Below the pieces are notes generated by a model. That model was not told the origin of the DNA. It saw nothing but the letters and a program-made list of their open reading frames with translations, and ran no database searches. From Chthonomonadales bacterium (lineage in GTDB: Bacteria > Armatimonadota > Chthonomonadetes > Chthonomonadales > CAJBBX01): DNA of 64,000 bases. Both the position numbers and the translations under genes were made by a program. Each line of letters starts with the position of its first letter. The first letter of the stretch is position 1. Location: positions 6,562 to 70,561 of the forward strand of contig JADLGO010000027.1 in NCBI GenBank assembly GCA_020849275.1. Direction: 5' to 3'. Below, piece after piece: positions 57,971-64,000 of this stretch.

Positions 57971-59866
57971 TCAATGCGGCCCGTCCGGGACCTGCGCCTC
58001 CGGCTCGCCGCGGAACGTCAGACGCCAGTGCGTCGTGTCGTCCTCCTCCTCGCCGGTCGCCGCGAAGCCGTTGCGCATCAGGATCGAGATCATCCGGTGG
58101 TTGTCGGACTGCGTGTAGGCCTCGACGCCGGCAAGGTCACGCTGGCGAGCGACACCCAGCAGCATCCGCATCAGGATCGAGCCGATTCCCCGGTCATGCC
58201 AGTCATCTCGCACGGTGAAGGCTAGCTCTGCCACGCGAGTCGCCTCGTCCACGAAGTACCGGCCCACCCCGAGCAGCTCATCGCGCGCCTCGGTCCGCAG
58301 GAGAACGACGAGCGCCATCTCCCGCTCGTAGTCCACGTTGACCAGCTTCAGGCGCTCGCGGTGCGGCAGCGCCTTCAGAGGCCGCCGGTAGCGGCGGTAG
58401 ACCGTTTCCTCGGACAACTGGTAGTGGAACTCGCGGATCAGGTCCTCGTCGGCGGGCCGGATCGGGCGAACGAGCACGGGCCGGTTGTCGGAGAGGTGGA
58501 CGGTGGCCTCGAGCTCCTCCGGGTAGCGGGGGCGGAAGGCGGTCGCCGTCACGTCGGGCATCACCAGGCGCCGCTCCTTGGCGGCGACGAGGAGCTCACA
58601 GCGGAAATCGGGGTGCGCAATGCTGATGAGGGCCATGGCGCGCTCGCGCAGCGTCTTGCCGTGCAGATAGGCGACGCCCCATTCGGTGACGAGGTAGTGG
58701 ACGTCGCCGCGCGATGTGACCACGCCGGCGCCCTGCCGAAGGACCGGGACGATGCGGCTCGTAACGGCGCCGTCGTGCGCGGTCGCGGTTGAGGGGAGGG
58801 CGATGATGGGTTTGCCGCCGCGGCTGCGCGCCGCGCCGCGGACGAAGTCGACCTGGCCGCCGATCCCGCTGTAGAAGTACTCGCCCAGGGAGTCGGCGCA
58901 CACCTGGCCGGTCAGGTCTACCTCGACGGCCGAGTTGATGGCAACCATGCGGTCGTTTTGTGCGATGACGAACGGGTCGTTGACATACTCGGTCGGATGG
59001 AGCTCGATCCCCGGGTTGTCGTGCACGTAGCGGTAGAGCTCGGCGGTGCCCACGCAGAAGGTCGCCACCACCTTGCCGGGGTGCAGGCTCTTGCGCCGAC
59101 CCGTGATGATGCCTGCGTCGATCAGCTTCGCGACGCCGTCGCTGAACATCTCCGTGTGCACTCCCAGGTCGTGCTTGTCGCCGAGGTGGGCAAGGACGGC
59201 GTCCGGGATGCCGCCGATCCCGGTCTGCACCGTCGCGCCGTCCTCGATCAGGTCGGCCACGAAGCGCCCGATGCGGCGCACGACCTCGTCGTCGTGCTCC
59301 GCCGGCGGGAGCTCGAGCAGCGGGCGGTCGCTCTCCACCACGGCGTCGAAGCGGCTCAGGTGCACGAAGCCGTCGCCGAGCGTGCGCGGCATACGCTGGT
59401 TGATCTCGGCGACCACATGGCGCGCGCTCTCGACGGCGGCCTTGACGACATCGACCGAGACGCCCAGGCTACAGTAGCCGTGCCCGTCGGGCGGCGAGAC
59501 CTGCACGAGCGCGTAATCGAGCGGCGTCTGTCCGCGCCGGAAGAGCGCCGGCAACTCGGACAGGAAGATGGGCGAGTAGTCCGCGCGGCACTCATTGACG
59601 GCCCCGCGCGTGCTCGGGCCCACGAAGAAGGCGTTGTGCCGGAAGTGGTTGGCGAAGCGCTCCTCCGCGGAGAGCGCGACCCCCAGCGTGAGGACATGGA
59701 GGATCTCGGTGTCGGCGAGCCGATCGGCGCGGCGCACGAGTGCCTCGATGAGGGTCTGGGGCTCCCCGGCTCCGCCACCCACGAACACGCGCCTGCCGGA
59801 GCGGATCGGAGCGACCGCGCGGTCGGCGCTCATCATCCGTTTGCGTCGAAGTGAGTCAACGTCCAT
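57971..59866 (-). CDS. Acetyl-CoA hydrolase/CoA-transferase family domain fused to a C-terminal Pat-type GNAT acetyltransferase domain
   Basis: The N-terminal ~430 aa contain VFVGGGAGEPQTL, TGIGGIPDAV, SGIGGQVDF and HYLVTEWGVAYL (4-hydroxybutyrate/acetyl-CoA transferase family). The C-terminal ~190 aa contain LVNVDYEREMALVVL...AELAFTVRDDWHDRGIGSILM (Pat-like GNAT). The start could be ATG 59866, ATG 59836 or GTG 59875. Confidence 0.85.
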   Translation of the reverse strand: MDVDSLRRKRMMSADRAVAPIRSGRRVFVGGGAGEPQTLIEALVRRADRLADTEILHVLTLGVALSAEERFANHFRHNAFFVGPSTRGAVNECRADYSPIFLSELPALFRRGQTPLDYALVQVSPPDGHGYCSLGVSVDVVKAAVESARHVVAEINQRMPRTLGDGFVHLSRFDAVVESDRPLLELPPAEHDDEVVRRIGRFVADLIEDGATVQTGIGGIPDAVLAHLGDKHDLGVHTEMFSDGVAKLIDAGIITGRRKSLHPGKVVATFCVGTAELYRYVHDNPGIELHPTEYVNDPFVIAQNDRMVAINSAVEVDLTGQVCADSLGEYFYSGIGGQVDFVRGAARSRGGKPIIALPSTATAHDGAVTSRIVPVLRQGAGVVTSRGDVHYLVTEWGVAYLHGKTLRERAMALISIAHPDFRCELLVAAKERRLVMPDVTATAFRPRYPEELEATVHLSDNRPVLVRPIRPADEDLIREFHYQLSEETVYRRYRRPLKALPHRERLKLVNVDYEREMALVVLLRTEARDELLGVGRYFVDEATRVAELAFTVRDDWHDRGIGSILMRMLLGVARQRDLAGVEAYTQSDNHRMISILMRNGFAATGEEEDDTTHWRLTFRGEPEAQVPDGPH

Positions 59867-59878
59867 CGTGCCCACGCC

Positions 59879-60967
59879 TCAGAAGAAGAGAGTCCATCGC
59901 GCCCCGAACCCGTCGTTGGAGGGCCCGCGAACGATGTCGTACTCCAGGGTGACGCGCTCCGCCGAGGTGTAGTCGTAGCGCCAGCCGACGTCAAACGACC
60001 GATAGTCCAGGTCGCCATAGGTGCGCTGGTAGCGCAGCCACGGGGTTGACCTGATAGACGGGATCGCGGTCTCGAGGAGCAGGTAGCCGCCGGTGAAGCG
60101 CGCCGGCCTGGTCGGGACGTTCGGGTCGTCCACGAAGCGCGCGTTGTAGAGCTCGCCGGTGACGGTCGCGGCGCGCGTCGCCCGCACGCGCGCGCCAACG
60201 ACCAGCACGTGGCGGTCGTAGTCGCGGGCGGGCGAGGACGCAGTGGCTCGGTAGCTGCCCAGCATGCCCGCCAGTCCGCATTGCAGGCTCGACCCCAGGC
60301 GAGCGGTGGCGCGGCCGATCACCGTCTTATTGCTGTTGGCGTCCGCCGTGCGGAACCCCTGGCCATTGTAGAGGCCGACAGAGACCCCGTACGGGCGCGC
60401 CTCGGTCATCGGCGCCTCGACGAGCAGGCCGATGTCGCGCTCGGCGAGGGCCAGCCTCTCGCCGACGTAGGAGAGCTCCAATGGCGAGCGGACGGCCGCG
60501 TTGTCCTCGATGATCTCGCGGGAGAAGGGGATCAGCATGTGCCCGGCCCGCACATGGCCGAAGCCCGGGACGGCGCGCTCGGCGAAGGTGTCGGTGACGA
60601 GCGCCGTGCTCCCACCGCTCAACGCCTTGCCGGTCGAGACGTCGAACTGGATCTGCACCATCGTTCGTGGGTCGACCATGGCCTGGATGGTCGGCCGGGC
60701 ACGGCGAACGCGGAAGTTGGAGACGTGCCCGAACGTCGAGCTCCCCTCGGGGAAGAGGGCGTCCAACTGGACGTATCCCTTGATGCGGATCGTGTCGTAC
60801 CACTTCGGGGCGGCGGCCGCGGCGGGCGGACCCGTCGGGGCAGGGGTGCTGGTCGGGCCGGCGGCCTGGCCGCTGGCGGGGATCGAACTGCTGAGCGCGC
60901 ACGAGAGCAGCGCCGCCGCGGCCGTCATGTGGCGGCCGGCGCGACGCGCTCGGTACGAAGCTACCAT
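59879..60967 (-). CDS. Outer-membrane beta-barrel porin (OprO/P-like)
   Basis: ATG at 60967 with GGAGGA 9 nt upstream. A signal peptide is present. Alternating beta-strand pattern, with a C-terminal WTLFF aromatic terminus. Confidence 0.7.
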   Translation of the reverse strand: MVASYRARRAGRHMTAAAALLSCALSSSIPASGQAAGPTSTPAPTGPPAAAAAPKWYDTIRIKGYVQLDALFPEGSSTFGHVSNFRVRRARPTIQAMVDPRTMVQIQFDVSTGKALSGGSTALVTDTFAERAVPGFGHVRAGHMLIPFSREIIEDNAAVRSPLELSYVGERLALAERDIGLLVEAPMTEARPYGVSVGLYNGQGFRTADANSNKTVIGRATARLGSSLQCGLAGMLGSYRATASSPARDYDRHVLVVGARVRATRAATVTGELYNARFVDDPNVPTRPARFTGGYLLLETAIPSIRSTPWLRYQRTYGDLDYRSFDVGWRYDYTSAERVTLEYDIVRGPSNDGFGARWTLFF

Positions 60968-61096
60968 CTGCGCACGTCCTCCGGGGGGCTTGGGGCCCCC
61001 GCTTCTGTGTCCGTCGGCCGGCCTCATCGTCGGGCCGCGCCGGCCAGGAGTCGGGTGCCCGGCGCCCGCGGAGCCGCGGGCGCCGGGCATGCCGCG

Positions 61097-63055
<1,959 letters not shown>

Positions 63056-63101
63056 GGATCATCGTCTCCTGTACGCGCAAGATGCTCGGGACACACGGGC
63101 G

Positions 63102-64000
63102 TCAGGCGGTAGCCGGCGTCCGTGAGCGTGACGCATGAAGGGCAACGGCCAGGCCGGCGGACACCACACAGAGGACGCCGGCCAGGTAGAACGCGGCATC
63201 GAAGGAGCCTGCCAGCGCCTTCGCGAGGTTGCCCGAGAAGGTGCCGACCACTCCGGCGATACCGTAGGAGGTGAACACGAGCCCGTAGTTCGCGCCCAGG
63301 TTGCGGGCGCCGAAGAGGTCGGCCGTCGCACTCGGGAACAGCGCGAAATTGCCGCCGAAGTTAAAGCCGATGGCGCATGCCGCCACCGCGATGGCCATCT
63401 CGGAACGCATCGCCGGCAGCGCGAACAGCACGCACGCTTGCAGCGCGAACTTCAGCACGAAGCTCGACGTGCGCCCGATGCGGTCGGAGAGGAGGCCCCA
63501 AACGACGCGGCCGACCGCGTTGAAGATGGCGAGCATGCCCACCGCGGCGGCGCCCCTGCGAAGCAGATCGGCGCGCATCGCCTCGGTCAGCGCGGCGCCG
63601 CCCGCCGTGTGCGCCGCGAGGATCTGCTCGCCCGCGAAGTCCTTCATGATTACGATCACCGTCAGGCCCGCCAGGGCGCCGCTGAAGAACATCGGCCACA
63701 GCATGTAAAACGCCGGCCGGCGCAGCATCTCCTTCCAGTCGGCCTCCTGCGAGGCGCGCGGAGGCGCGCCGGGCGGGTTGCTCAGCATCAGCGCGCCAAT
63801 CGAGACCGCAACCAGGCACACGACACCGTGCATCAGGAAGAAGGACGGGATCCCGTGCGTGTCGATGAAGGCGGGCGCGCCGATCGGCAGGTCCCTGCTG
63901 CTGAAGAAGTAGGCGCCGAAACCGAAGCCGGCGACCGCGATCCCCGAGACCAGGCCCTTCTTGTCCGGGAACCACTTTACGAGCGCGGCGATGGGACAGA
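63102..64000 (-). CDS. MFS transporter, oxalate/formate antiporter (OFA)-like (N-terminus beyond the window)
   Basis: The frame is open to the right edge. Multiple TM segments. GLLSDRIGR and FNFGGNFALFPSATADLFG are typical of OFA-family MFS transporters. Confidence 0.85.
   Translation of the reverse strand, partial: CPIAALVKWFPDKKGLVSGIAVAGFGFGAYFFSSRDLPIGAPAFIDTHGIPSFFLMHGVVCLVAVSIGALMLSNPPGAPPRASQEADWKEMLRRPAFYMLWPMFFSGALAGLTVIVIMKDFAGEQILAAHTAGGAALTEAMRADLLRRGAAAVGMLAIFNAVGRVVWGLLSDRIGRTSSFVLKFALQACVLFALPAMRSEMAIAVAACAIGFNFGGNFALFPSATADLFGARNLGANYGLVFTSYGIAGVVGTFSGNLAKALAGSFDAAFYLAGVLCVVSAGLAVALHASRSRTPATA

Overview
High-GC (roughly 70%) bacterial chromosomal segment that is densely coding, with many 4-nt ATGA/GTGA start-stop overlaps. 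I recognised no rRNA, tRNA, CRISPR array, transposase or integrase. Positions 1-3.0 kb on the minus strand carry hslU (cut by the left edge) and sucC. Positions 3.2-22.1 kb on the plus strand form one 19-kb flagellar operon in a Firmicutes/Thermotogae-like order: flgB-flgC-fliE-fliF-fliG-fliH-fliI-fliJ-SLT lytic transglycosylase-MotE/YlxF-like-fliK-flgD-TIGR02530-like-flgE-fliL-fliM-fliN/Y-fliO-fliP-fliQ-fliR-flhB. The operon stops 3 nt from convergent ispG and has no flhA. Positions 22-64 kb mix housekeeping and accessory genes: ispG; a PEP-CTERM laminin-B-like protein; an operon of small basic ORF, 15-TM membrane protein and SDR; an AddB-like nuclease with no AddA beside it; a translationally coupled hybrid histidine kinase and REC-PAS-GGDEF pair; an alpha/beta hydrolase; a zinc-ribbon protein and zinc-ribbon M48 peptidase pair; iolB with a 2-hydroxyacid dehydrogenase; a GH84-like enzyme coupled to a pentapeptide-repeat protein; PFOR with a DHOD-like protein; a 907-aa secreted protein followed by dxr and rseP; a GH116-like and CBM9-like secreted pair; and an acetate module (OFA-type MFS transporter, acs, porin, CoA-transferase::Pat-type GNAT fusion). 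The observations I rate highest are: (1) an orphan extended -10 promoter, a ~210-nt structured non-coding-looking transcript and a strong intrinsic terminator directly upstream of PFOR; (2) the CoA-transferase::GNAT fusion clustered with acs; (3) FliO fused to a periplasmic SH3b domain; (4) a near-consensus promoter flanked by phased direct repeats that drives an uncharacterised membrane operon; (5) a strong sigma54-type promoter in front of the PEP-CTERM gene. All functional calls come from reading the translated sequence and recalling family motifs. No database search was run.
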